Notes under the pieces: model-generated
What the model was told of the DNA's origin: nothing
The model's input: the letters and a program-made list of their open reading frames with translations, nothing else
The model's database searches: none
Part shown: piece by piece, positions 41,253 through 55,472 of the stretch
Numbering within the stretch: the first letter of the stretch is position 1
Layout: each line of letters starts with the position of its first letter
Origin: the human T2T-CHM13v2.0 reference genome, Homo sapiens
Assembly (NCBI RefSeq): GCF_009914755.1
Contig: NC_060948.1
Length of the DNA stretch: 64,000 nucleotides
Reading direction: 5' to 3' (one strand)
Position numbers and translations under genes: made by a program

Positions 41253-44200
41253 CCTGTCCATTACGCTACATTCCCTTCCATTCCAATGAATTCCATTCCA
41301 TTCCAATCCATTCCTTTCCTTTCGCTTGCATTCCATTCTATTCTCTTCTACTGCATACAATTTCACTCCATTCGTTCCCATTCCATTCAATTCCATTCCA
41401 TTCAATTCCATTCCATTTGTTTCCATTCTCTTCGATTCCATTTCTTTATATTCCATGCCATTCGACTCCATTCTATTGGATTGCATTGCATTCGTGTTCA
41501 TTCCATTCCAGACCATTCCATTTGTCTCCATTCCTTTCGAGCCCTTTCCATTTGAGTCCATTCCTTTCCAGTCCATTTCACTCCATTCCATTACTATCCA
41601 TTCCATCCCATTCCATCCCATTCCATTCCATTCCATTCCATTCCATGGCATTCCATTCCATTCCATTCCATTGCACTGCACTCCATTCCATTACATTCTA
41701 CTCTATTTGAGTCGATTTTATTGCATTAGATTCTATTCCATTGGATTACTTTCCATTCGATTACATTCCATTCAAGTACATTCCATTCCAGTCAATTACA
41801 TTCGAGTTCATTTCATTACATTCCAGTATATTCCATTGTATTCGGTCCCATTCCTTTCAATTCCATTTAATTCGACTCCATTATATTCGATTCCATTCCA
41901 CTCGAATCCATTCCATTAGAGGACATTCCATTCCAATGCATTCCATTCCATTCCATAGCATTCCATTGCATTCGATTCCATTCCATTTGATGCCATTCCA
42001 TTTGATGCCATTCCATGACATTCCATTCCATTCGTGTCCATTCCGTTCCAATTCATTCCATTCCATTTCATGAAATTCGAGTCCTTTCCAGTACATTTCA
42101 TTCCAATCCCATCCAATCCCATCTACTCCATTCAATTCCTTTCCATTCCATTTGATTTGATTCCATTGATTTGATTCCATTCAGTTTGATTCCATACCGT
42201 GAAATTTCGTTCCATTCTATTCCATTGCATTACTTTCCATTCAATTCCATTCCATTTCATTTCAGTCCATTCGCTTCCTTTCCTTTCGATTCAATTCCAT
42301 TTGATTCCACTCCATTCTATGCGATTTCATTCCAGTCGATTCAATTCCATTCGATGACATTCCTTTCGTATCCATTCCATTCGAGTCCATTCAATTTGAG
42401 CATTCGTGTCCATTCTATTCGAGTCCATTCCATTACCGTCTATTCTATTCCCTTCCATTCCTGTTGATTCAATTTCATTCCCTTCCGTTCGATTCCTTTC
42501 CATTCAATTCCATTCCTTTCCATTCCATTCCATTCGTTCCCTTTCCATGTGATTTCATTCCATTCCAGTCCATTATATTCGAGTCCACTCCACTCCATTC
42601 TATTACATTCAATTCCTTTTGAGTCCATTCCATAACACTTCATTCATTTCGATTCCATTTCTTGCCAGTTTTCTTCCATTTTATTCCATTCCGATCGATT
42701 CCATTCCATTCGATTGCATTCCATTCGAATCGTTTCCATTCCATTTCATTCCATTCCTTTCTATTCCATTCCATTTCATTCGATTTGATTCCATTCTGTT
42801 CTATTCCATTCAATTCTTTTTCATTCCATTCGAATCCTTTCTATTGCAGTCCATTCCATTCGAGTCCATTCCAATCCCTTCCATTGCATTCCATTACAGT
42901 CCATTCCAATAGATTCCATTCCTTTGCCTTCCATTCGAATCCATTCCATTCTAGTCCATTCCATTTGAGTCAATTCCATTCCATTCCATTCTATTCCTTT
43001 CCAATCCATTCGATTCCATTCGATTCAATTCCATTTGATTCTCTTTCATTCTATCTTATTCCATGACATTTGATTGCATTGCATTCCATTCCGTTTGGTT
43101 CCAGTCCATTCAAGAAAGTTCCATTCCAGTCCATTGCTTTCGAGTCCATTCCATTCCACTCTAGTCTATTCCACTCCATTCCTTTCCATTCCATTCCATA
43201 CTATTCCATTCCATTCCTTTGCATTCCGTTTCCAATCTATTCGAGTCCATTGCATTCCAGTCCAATCCATTCGATTACATTCCTTTTGATTCCCTGCCAG
43301 TCGATTGCATTGCATACTACACCATTCCAAATGAGTCCATTCCATTCTATCTCAACACTTTCCATTCCACTCTGTTCGAGTCCATTCCATTCCAGTCCAT
43401 TTAATTCAAGGGCATTCCATTCCATTCCATTCCATTTCATATTATTCCATTCCATTCAATTACATTCTAGATGATTCCATTCCATTCTATACCATTGCTC
43501 TCTGTTCCATTCCATTCCATCTGTCTCCATTCCTTTTGTTTCGATTCCTTTCCATTCCATTCCATTACATTTGATCCTATTTTATTAAATTGCATTCTAT
43601 TCGAGTGATTTCCATTAGAGTCCTTTGCATTCGATTCCATTCCATTCTATTCCATTCCTTTGGATTCCATTCCATTCCGTTCCGTTCACATCAATTCCTT
43701 GCGATTCCATTACATTCGATTTCTTACCATTCGATTCCATTCCTTTTGCCTCCATTTCATTCGATTCCATTCCATTCCATTAATTTCCATTCCATTCGAG
43801 ACCTTTCCATTGCAGTCTTTTCCCTTCGAGTCCATTCCGTTCGATTCCCTTCCATTCGATTCCATTCCATTGGAGTCCGTACCAGTCGAGTCCATTCTAT
43901 TCCAGTCCATTAGTTTCGACTCCATTGCATTCGAGTGCATTCCATTCCGTGGCTGTCCATTCCATTCCGTTTGATGCCATTCCATACGATTCCATTCAAT
44001 TCGAGACCATTCTATTCCTGTCCATTCCTTGTGGTTCGATTCCATTTCACTCTAGTCCATTCCATTCCATTCAATTGCATTCGACTCTATTCCGTTCCAT
44101 TCAATTGCATTCCATTCGATTCCATTTTTTTCGAGAACTTTCCATTACACTCCCTTCCATTCCAGTGCATTCCATTCCAGTCTCTTCAGTTCGATTCCAT

Positions 44201-44796
44201 TCCATTCGTTTCGATTCCTTTCCATTCCAGCCCATTCCATTCCATTCCATTCCTTTCCTTTCCGTTTCATTAGATTCCATTGCATTCCATTCCATTCAAT
44301 TCAATTCCGTGCTATTCAATTTGATTCATTTCCATTTAATTCCATTCCATTAGATTCCATTGCGTACTATTCCATTCTTTTTGAATCCATTCCATTGGAG
44401 TCCATTTACTTCCAGAACATTCCATTCCAGTCGAATCCATTCGAGTACATTCCATTAAAGTTCATTACATTCTAATACATTCCATTCCATTGCATTCCAT
44501 TCCATTCCATTCGATGCCATTCGATTCCATTCCATGCCAAATCATTGCATTCCTTTCCATTCCGTTCCTATCAATTCCATTCCATTCGATTTACTTCGAT
44601 TCTATTCACTTCCATTCCATTCGATTCCATTCCATTGGAGTCAATTCCTTTCGACACCCAGCCTTTCCAGTCAATGATTTTGGATTCCATTTTTTTGCAT
44701 TCCATTACATTCTATGACATTCGATTCCGTTTCATTGCATTCCATTCCATACATTTTTATTCCATTCGAGACCGTATCATTCCACTTTATTCCAGG
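41253..44796 (+). repeat. DYZ1 monomer 12 (3544 bp)
   Basis: GGCC at 41251 and 44795. Confidence 0.9.
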
Positions 44797-47700
44797 CCTG
44801 TCCATTACAATACATTCCCTTCCATTCCAATGAATTCCAATCCATTCCAATCCATTCCTTTCCTTTCGCTTGCATTCCATTCTATTCTCTTCTACTGCAT
44901 ACAATTTCACTCCATTCGTTCCCATTCCATTCAATTCCATTCCATTAAATTCCATTCCATTTGTTTCCATTCTCTTCGATTCCATTTCTTTATATTCCAT
45001 GCCATTCGATTCCATTCTATTGGGTTGCATTACATTCGTGTTCATTCCATTCCAGACCATTCCTTTTGACTCCATTCCTTTCGAGCCCTTTCAATTTGAG
45101 TCCATTCCTTTCCAGTCCATTTCATTCCAGTCCATTACTATCCATTCCATACCATTCCATCCCATTCCATTCCATTCCATTCCATTCCATTCCATTCCAT
45201 TGCATTCCATTCCATTCCATTCCATTGCACTGCACTCCATTCCATTACATTCTACTCTATCTGAGTCGATTTTATTGCATTAGATTCTATTCCATTGGAT
45301 TACTTTCCATTCGATTACATTCCATTCATGTACATTCCATTCCAGTCAATTACATTCGAGTTCATTACATTACATTCCAGTATATTCCATTGTATTCGAT
45401 CCCATTCCTTTCAATTCCATTTCATTCGACTCCATTATATTCGATTCCATTCCACTCGAATCCATTCCATTAGAGGACATTCCATTCCAATGCATTCCAT
45501 TCCATTCCATAACATTCCATTGCATTCGATTCCATTCCATTTGATGCCATTCCATTTGATACCATTCCATGACATTCCATTCCATTCGAGTCCATTCCGT
45601 TCCAATTCATTCCATTCCGTTTCATGAAATTCGAGTCCTTTCCAGTACATTTCATTCCAATCCCATCCAATCCAATCTACTCCATTCAATTCCTTTCCAT
45701 TCCATTTGATTTGATTCCATTGATTTGATTCCATTCAGTTTGATTCCATTCCGTGAAATTTCGTTCCATTCTATTCCATTGCATTAGTTTCCATTCAATT
45801 CCATTCCATTTCATTTCAGTCCATTCGCTTCCTTTCCTTTCGATTCAATTCCATTTGATTCCACTCCATTCTATGCGATTTCATTCCAATCGATTCAATT
45901 CCATTCGATGACATTCCTTTCGTTTCCATTCCATTCGAGTCCATTCAATTTGAGCATTACTGTCCATTCTATTCGAGTCCATTCCATTACCGTCTATTCT
46001 ATTCCCTTCCATTCCTGTTGATTCAATTTCATTCCCTTCCATTCGATTCCTTTCCATTCGATTCCATTCCTTTCCATTCCATTCCATTCGTTCCCATTCC
46101 ATGTGATTTCATTCAATTCCAGTCCATTATATTCGAGTCCACTCCACTCTATTCTATTACATTCAATTCCTTTTGAGTCCGTTCCATAACACTCCATTCA
46201 TTTCGATTCCATTTCTTGCCAGTTTTCTTCCATTTTATTCCATTCCGTTCGATTCCATTCCATTCGATTGCATTCCATTCGAATCCTTTCCATTCCATTT
46301 CATTCCATTCCTTTCTATTCCATTCCATTTCCTTCGATTTGATTCCATTCTGTTCTATTCCATTCAATTCTTTTTCATTCCATTCGAATCCTTTCTATTG
46401 CAGTCCATTACATTCGAATCCATTCCAATCCCTTCCATTCCATTCCATTACAGTCCATTCCGATAGATTCCATTCCTTTGCCTTCCATTCGAATCCATTC
46501 CATTCTAGTCCATTCCATTTGAGTCAATTCCATTCCATTCCATTCTATTCCTTTCCAATCCATTCGATTCCATTCGATTCAATTCCATTTGATTCTCTTT
46601 CATTCTATCTTATTCCATGCCATTTGATTGCATTGCATTCCATTCCGTTTGGTTCCAGTCCATTCAAGAAAGTTCCATTTCAGTCCATTGCTTTCGAGTC
46701 CATTCCATTCCACTCTAGTCTATTCCACTCCATTCCTTTCCATTCCATTCCATACTATTCCATTCCATTCCTTTGCATTCCGTTTCCAATCTATTCGAGT
46801 CCATTGCATTCCAGTCCAATCCATTCGATTACATTCCTTTTGATTCCCTGCCAGTCGATTGCATTGCATACTAGACCATTCCAAACGAGTCAATTCCTTT
46901 CTATTTCAACAGTTTCCATTCCACTCTGTTCGATTCCATTCCATTGCAGTCCATTTAATTCAAGGGCATTCCATTCCATTCCTTTCCATTTCATATTATT
47001 CCATTCCATTCAATTCCATTCCAGATGATTCCATTCCGTTCTATACCATTGCTCTCTGTTCCATTCCATTCCATCTGTCTCCATTCCTTTCGTTTCGATT
47101 CCTTTCCATTCCATTCCATTACATTTGATCCTATTTTATTAAATTGCATTCTATTCGAGTGATTTCCATTCGAGTCCTTTCCATTCGATTCCATTCCATT
47201 CTATTCCATTCCTTTGGATTCCATTCCATTCCGTTCCGTTCACATCAATTCCTTGCGATTCCATTACATTCGATTTCTTGCCATTCGATTCCATTCCTTT
47301 TGACTCTATTTCATTCGATTCCATTCCATTCCATTAATTTCCATTCCATTCGAGACCTTTCCATTGCAGTCTTTTCCCTTCGAGTCCATTCCGTTCGATT
47401 CCCTTCCATTCGATTCCATTCCATTGCAGTCCGTACCAGTCGAGTCCATTCTATTCCAGTCCATTAGTTTCGACTCCATTACATTCGAGTGCATTCCATT
47501 CCGTGGCTGTCCATTCCATTCCGTTTGATGCCATTCCATACGATTCCATTCAATTCGAGACCATTCTATTCCTGTCCATTCCTTGTGGTTCGATTCCATT
47601 TCACTCTAGTCCATTCCATTCCATTCAATTCCATTCGACTCTATTCCGTTCCATTCAATTGCATTCCATTCGATTCCATTTTTTTCGAGAACCTTCCATT

Positions 47701-48350
47701 ACACTCCCTTCCATTCCAGTGCATTCCATTCCAGTCTCTTCAGTTCGATTCCATTCCATTCGTTTCGATTCCTTTCCATTCCAGCCCATTCCATTCCATT
47801 CCATTCCTTTCCTTTCCGTTTCATTAGATTCCATTGCATTCCATTCCATTCAATTCAATTCCGTGCTATTCAATTTGATTCATTTCCATTTAATTCCATT
47901 CCATTGGATTCCATTCCGTACGATTCCATTCCTTTTGAATCCATTCCATTGGAGTCCATTCACTTCCAGAACATTCCATTCCAGTCGAATCCATTGGAGT
48001 ACATTCCATTAAAGTTCATTACATTCTAATACATTCCATTCCATTGCATTCCATTCCATTCCATTCGATGCCATTCGATTCCATTCCATGCCAAATCATT
48101 GCATTCCTTTCCATTCCGTTCCTATCAATTCCATTCCATTCGATTTAGTTCGATTCTATTCACTTCCATTCCATTCGATTCCATTCCATTGGAGTCAATT
48201 CCTTTCGACACCCAGCCTTTCCATTCAATGATTTTGGATTCCATTTTTTTGCATTCCATTACATTCTATGACATTCGATTCCGTTTCATTGCTTTCCATT
48301 TCATACATTTTTATTCCATTCGAGACCGTAGCATTCCACTTTATTCCAGG
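44797..48350 (+). repeat. DYZ1 monomer 13 (3554 bp)
   Basis: GGCC at 44795 and 48349. Confidence 0.9.
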
Positions 48351-51300
48351 CCTGTCCATTACACTACATTCCCTTCCATTCCAATGAATTCCATTCCATT
48401 CCAATCCATTCCTTTCCTTTCGCTTGCATTCCATTCTATTCTCTTCTACTGCATACAATTTCACTCCATTCGTTCGCATTCCATTCAATTCCATTCCATT
48501 CAATTCCATTCCATTTGTTTCCATTCTCTTCGATTCCATTTCTTTATATTCCATGCCATTCGATTCCATTCTATTGGATTGCATTACATTCGTGTTCATT
48601 CCATTCCAAACCATTCCATTTGACTCCATTCCTTTCGAGCCCTTTCAATTTGAGTCCATTCCTTTCCAGTCCATTTCACTCCAGTCCATTACTATCCATT
48701 CCATACCATTCCATCCCATTCCATTCCATTCCACTCCATTCCATTCCATTCCATTCCATTGCATTCCATTCCATTCCATTCCATTGCACTGCACTCCATT
48801 CCATTACATTCTACTCTATCTGAGTCGATTTTATTGCATTAGATTCTATTCCATTGGATTACTTTCCATTCGATTACATTCCATTCATGTACATTCCATT
48901 CCAGTCAATTACATTCGAGTTCATTACGTTACATTCCAGTATATTCCATTGTATTCGATCCCATTCCTTTCAATTCCATTTCATTCGACTCCATTATATT
49001 CAATTGCATTCCACTCGAATCCATTCCATTAGAGGACATTCCATTCCAATGCATTCCATTCCATTCCATAGCATTCCATTGCATTCGATTCCATTCCATT
49101 TGATGCCATTCCATTTGATGCCATGCCATGACATTCCATTCCATTCGAGTCCATTCCGTTCCAATTCATTCCATTCCGTTTCATGAAATTCGAGTCCTTT
49201 CCAGTACATTTCATTCCAATCCCATCCAATCCCATCTACTCCATTCAATTCCTTTCCATTCCATTTGATTTGATTCCATTGATTTGATTCCATTCAGTTT
49301 GATTCCATTCCGTGAAATTTCGTTCCATTCTATTCCATTGCATTACTTTCCATTCAATTCCATTCCATTTCATTTCAGTCCATTGGCTTCCTTTCCTTTC
49401 GATTCAATTCCATTTGATTCCACTCCATTCTATGCGATTTCATTCCAATCGATTCAATTCCATTCGATGACATTCCTTTCGTTTCCATTCCATTCGAGTC
49501 CATTTAATTTGAGCATTCGTGTCCATTCTATTCGAGTCCATTCCATTACAGTCTATTCTATTCCCTCCCATTCCTGTTGATTCAATTTCATTCCCTTCCA
49601 TTCGATTCCTTTCCATTCGATTCCATTCCTTTCCATTCCATTCCATTCGTTCCCATTCCATGTGATTTCATTCCATTCCAGTCCATTATATTCGAGTCCA
49701 CTCCACTCCATTCTATTACATTCAATTCCTTTTGAGTCCGTTCCATAACACTCCATTCATTTCGATTTCATTTCTTGCCAGTTTTCTTCCATTTTATTCC
49801 ATTCCGTTCGATTCCATTCCATTCGATTGCATTCCATTCGAATCCTTTCCATTCCATTTCATTCCATTCCTTTCCATTCCATTCCATTTCATTCGATTTG
49901 ATTCCATTCTGTTCTATTCCATTCAATTCTTTTTCATTCCATTCGAATCCTTTCTATTGCAGTCCATTCCATTCGAGTCCATTCCAATCCCTTCCATTCC
50001 ATTCCATTACAGTCCATTCCAATAGATTCCATTCCTTTGCCTTCCATTCGAATCCATTCCATTCTAGTCCATTCCATTTGAGTCAATTCCATTCCATTCC
50101 ATTCTATTCCTTTCCAATCCATTCGATTCCATTCGATTCAATTCCATTTGATTCTCTTTCATTCTATTTTATTCCATGCCATTTGATTGCATTGCATTCC
50201 ATTCCGTTTGATTCCAGTCCATTCAAGAAAGTTCCATTCCAGTCCATTGCTTTCCAGTCCATTCCATTCCACTCTAGTCTATTCCAATCCATTCCTTTCC
50301 ATTCCATTCCATACTATTCCATTCCATTCCTTTGCATTCCGTTTCCAATCTATTCGAGTCCATTGCATTCCAGTCCAATCCATTCGATTACATTCCTTTT
50401 GATTCCCTGCCAGTCGATTGCATTGCCTACTAGACCATTCCAAAGGAGTTCATTCCATTCTATCTCAACACTTTCCATTCCACTCTGTTTGAGTCCATTC
50501 CTTTCCAGTCCATTTAATTCAAGGGCATTCCATTCCATTCCATTCCATTCCATTTCATATTATTCCATTGCATTCAATTCCATTCCAGATGATTCCATTC
50601 CGTTCTATACCATTGCTCTCTGTTCCATTCCATTCCATCTGTCTCCATTCCTTCCGTTTCGATTCCTTTCCATTCCATTCTATTACATTTGATCCTATTT
50701 TATTAAATTGCATTCTATTCGAGTGATTTCCATTCGAGTCCTTTCCATTCGATTCCATTCCATTCTATTCCATTCCTTTGGATTCCATTCCATTCCGTTC
50801 CGTTCACATCAATTCCTTGCGATTCCATTACATTCGATTTCTTGCCATTCGATTCCATTCCTTTTGACTCCATTTCCTTCGATTCCATTCCATTCCATTA
50901 ATTTCCATTCCATTCGAGACCTTTCCATTGCAGTCTTTTCCCTTCGAGTCCATTCCGTTCGATTCCCTTCCATTCGATTCCATTCCATTGGAGTCCGTAC
51001 CAGTCGAGTCCATTCTATTCCAGTCCATTAGTTTCGACTCCATTGCATTCGAGTGCATTCCATTCCGTGGCTGTCCATTCCATTCCGTTTGATGCCATTC
51101 CATACGATTCCATTCAATTCGAGACCATTCTATTCCTGTCCATTCCTTTTCGTTCGATTCCATTTCACTCTAGTCCATTCCATTCCATTCAATTCCATGC
51201 GACTCTATTCCGTTCCATTCAATTCCATTCCATTCGATTCCATTTTTTTCGAGAACCTTCCATTACACTCCCTTCCATTCCAGTGCATTCCATTCCAGTC

Positions 51301-51913
51301 TCTTCAGTTCGATTCCATTCCATTCGTTTCGATTCCTTTCCATTCCAGCCCATTCCATTCCATTCCATTCTTTCCTTTCCGTTTCGTTAGATTCCATTGC
51401 ATTCGATTCCATTCAATTCAATTCCGTGCTATTCCATTTGATTCATTTCCATTTAATTCCATTCCATTAGATTCCATTCCGTTCGATTCCATTCCTTTTG
51501 AATCCATTCCATTGGAGTCCATTCACTTCCACAACATTCCATTCCAGTCGAATCCATTCGAGTACATTCCATTAATGTTCATTACATTCTAATACATTCC
51601 ATTCCATTGCATTCCATTCCATTCCATTTGATGCCATTCGATTCCATTCCATGCCAAATCATTGCATTCCTTTCCATTCCGTTCCTATTAATTCCATTCC
51701 ATTCGATTTAGTTCGATTCTATTCACTTCCATTCCATTCGATTCCATTCCATTGCAGTCAATTCCTTTCGACCCCCAGCCTTTCCAGTCAATGATTTTGG
51801 AGTCCATTTTTTTGCATTCCATTACATTCTATGACATTCGATTCCGTTTCATTGCATTCCATTCCATACATTTTTATTCCATTCGAGACCGTAGCATTCC
51901 ACTTTATTCCAGG
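48351..51913 (+). repeat. DYZ1 monomer 14 (3563 bp)
   Basis: GGCC at 48349; distal landmark mutated to AGGCGT (51911-51916). Confidence 0.88.
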
Positions 51914-54900
51914 CGTGTCCATTACACTACATTCCCTTCCATTCCAATGAATTCCATTCCATTGCAATCCATTCCTTTCCTTTCGCTTGCATTCCATTCT
52001 ATTCTCTTCTACTGCATACAATTTCACTCCATTCGTTCCCATTCCATTCAATTCCATTCCATTCAATTCCATTCCATTTGTTTCCATTCTCTTCGATTCC
52101 ATTTCTTTATATTCCATGCCATTCGATTCCATTCTATTGGATTGCATTACATTCGTGTTCATTCCATTCCAGACCATTCCATTTGACTCCATTCCTTTCG
52201 AGCCCTTTCAATTTGAATCCATTCTTTTACAGTCCATTTCATTCAAGTCCATTACTATCCATTCCATACCATTCCATCCCATTCCATTCCATTCCATTCC
52301 ATTCCATTCCATTCCATTCCATTGCATTCCATTCCATTCCATTCCATTGCACTGCACTCCATTCCATTACATTCTACTCTATCTGAGTCGATTTTATTGC
52401 ATTAGATTCTATTCCATTGGATTACTTTCCATTCGATTACATTCCATTCATGTACATTCCATTCCAGTCAATTACATTCGAGTTCATTACATTACATTCC
52501 AGTATATTCCATTGTATTCGATCCCATTCCTTTCAATTCCATTTCATTCGACTCCATTATATTCGATTCCATTCCACTCGAATCCATTCCATTAGAGGAC
52601 ATTCCATTCCAATGCATTCCATTCCATTCCATAGCATTCCATTGCATTCGATTCCATTCCATTTGATGCCATTCCATTTGATGCCATTCCATGACATTCC
52701 ATTCCATTCGAGTCCATTCCGTTCTAATTCATTCCATTCCGTTTCATGAAATTCGAGTCCTTTCCAGTACATTTCATTCCAATCCCATCCAATCCAATCT
52801 ACTCCATTCTATTCCTTTCCATTCCATTTAATTTGATTCCATTGATTTGATTCCATTCAGTTTGATTCCATTCCGTGAAATTTCGTTCCATTCTATTCCA
52901 TTGCATTACTTTCCATTCAATTCCATTCCATTTCATTTCAGTCCATTCGCTTCCTTTCCTTTCGATTCAATTCCATTTGATTCCACTCCATTCTATGCGA
53001 TTTCATTCCAATCGATTCAATTCCATTCGATGACATTCCTTTCGTTTCCATTCCATTCGAGTCCATTCAATTTGAGCATTCGTGTCCATTCTATTCGAGT
53101 CCATTCCATTACCGTCTATTCTATTCCCTTCCATTCCTGTTGATTCAATTTCATTCCCTTCCATTCGATTCCTTTCCATTCGATTCCATTCCTTTCCATT
53201 CCATTCCATTCGTTCCCATTCCATGTGATTTCATTCCATTCCAGTCCATTATATTCGAGTCCACTCCACTCCATTCTATTACATTCAATTCCTTTTGAGT
53301 CCGTTCCATAACACTCCATTCATTTCGATTCCATTTCTTGCCAGTTTTCTTCCATTTTATTCCATTCCGTTCGATTCCATTCCATTCGATTGCATTCCAT
53401 TCGAATCCTTTCCATTCCATTTCATTCCATTCCTTTCTATTCCATTCCATTTCATTCGATTTGATTCCATTCTGTTCTATTCCATTCAATTCTTTTTCAT
53501 TCCATTCGAATCCTTTCTATTGCAGTCCATTCCATTCGAATCCATTCCAATCCCTTCCATTCCATTCCATTACAGTCCATTCCGATAGATTCCATTCCTT
53601 TGCCTTCCATTCGAATCCATTCCATTCTAGTCCATTCCATTTGAGTCAATTCCATTCCATTCCATTCTATTCCTTTCCAATCCATTCGATTCCATTCGAT
53701 TCAATTCCATTTGATTCTCTTTCATTCTATCTTATTCCATGCCATTTGATTGCATTGCATTCCATTCCGTTTGGTTCCAGTCCATTCAAGAAAGTTCCAT
53801 TCCACTCCATTGCTTTCGAGTCCATTCCATTCCACTCTAGTCTATTCCAATCCATTCCTTTCCATTCCATTCCATACTATTCCATTCCATTCCTTTGCAT
53901 TCCGTTTCCAATCTATTCGAGTCCATTGCATTCCAGTCCAATCCATTCGATTACATTCCTTTTGATTCCCTGCCAGTCGATTGCATTGCATACTAGACCA
54001 TTCCAAACGAGTCAATTCCATTCTATTTCAACACTTTCCATTACACTCTGTTCGAGTCCATTCCATTGCAGTCCATTTAATTCAAGGGCATTCCATTCCA
54101 TTCCTTTCCATTTCATATTATTCCATTCCATTCAATTCCATTCCAGATGATTCCATTCCGTTCTATACCATTGCTCTCTGTTCCATTCCATTCCATCTGT
54201 CTCCATTCCTTTCGTTTCGATTCCTTTCCATTCCATTCCATTACATTTGATCCTATTTTATTAAATTGCATTCTATTCGAGTGATTTCCATTCGAGTCCT
54301 TTCCATTCGATTCCATTCCATTCTATTCCATTCCTTTGGATTCCATTCCATTCCGTTCCGTTCACATCAATTCCTTGCGATTCCATTACATTCGATTTCT
54401 TGCCATTCGATTCCATTCCTTTTGACTCTATTTCATTCGATTCCATTCCATTCCATTAATTTCCATTCCATTCGAGACCTTTCCATTGCAGTCTTTTACC
54501 TTCGAGTCCATTCCGTTCGATTCCCTTCCATTCGATTCCATTCCATTGGAGTCCGTACCAGTCGAGTCCATTCTATTCCAGTCCATTAGTTTCGACTCCA
54601 TTGCATTCGAGTGCATTCCATTCCGTGGCTGTCCATTCCATTCCGTTTGATGCCATTCCATACGATTCCATTCAATTCGAGACCATTCTATTCATGTCCA
54701 TTCCTTGTGGTTCGATTCCATTTCACTCTAGTCCATTCCATTCCATTCAATTCCATTCGACTCTATTCCGTTCCATTCAATTCCATTCCATTCGATTCCA
54801 TTTTTTTCCAGAACCTTCCATTACACTCCCTTCCATTCCAGTGCATTCCATTCCAGTCTCTTCAGTTCGATTCCATTCCATTCGTTTCGATTCCTTTCCA

Positions 54901-55472
54901 TTCCAGTCCATTCCATTCCATTCCATTCCTTTCCTTTCCGTTTCATTAGATTCCATTGCATTCCATTCCATTCAATTCAATTCCGTGCTATTCAATTTGA
55001 TTCATTTCCATTTAATTCCATTCCATTAGATTCCATTCCGTACGATTCCATTCCTTTTGAATCCATTCCATTGGAGTCCATTCACTTCCACAACATTCCA
55101 TTCCAGTCGAATCCATTCGAGTACATTCCATTAAAGTTCATTACATTCTAATACATTCCATTCCATTGCATTCCATTCCATTCCATTCGATGCCATTCGA
55201 TTCCATTCCATGCCAAATCATTGCATTCCTTTCCATTCCGTTCCTATCAATTCCATTCCATTCGATTTAGTTCGATTCTATTCACTTCCATTCCATTCGA
55301 TTCCATTCCATTGGAGTCAATTCCTTTCGACACCCAGCCTTTCCAGTCAATGATTTTGGATTCCATTTTGTTGCATTCCATTACATTCTATGACATTCGA
55401 TTCCGTTTCATTGCATTCCATTCCATACATTTTTATTCCATTCGAGACCGTAGCATTCCACTTTATTCCAGG
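51914..55472 (+). repeat. DYZ1 monomer 15 (3559 bp), mosaic
   Basis: From the mutated landmark at 51912 to GGCC at 55471. Confidence 0.88.
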
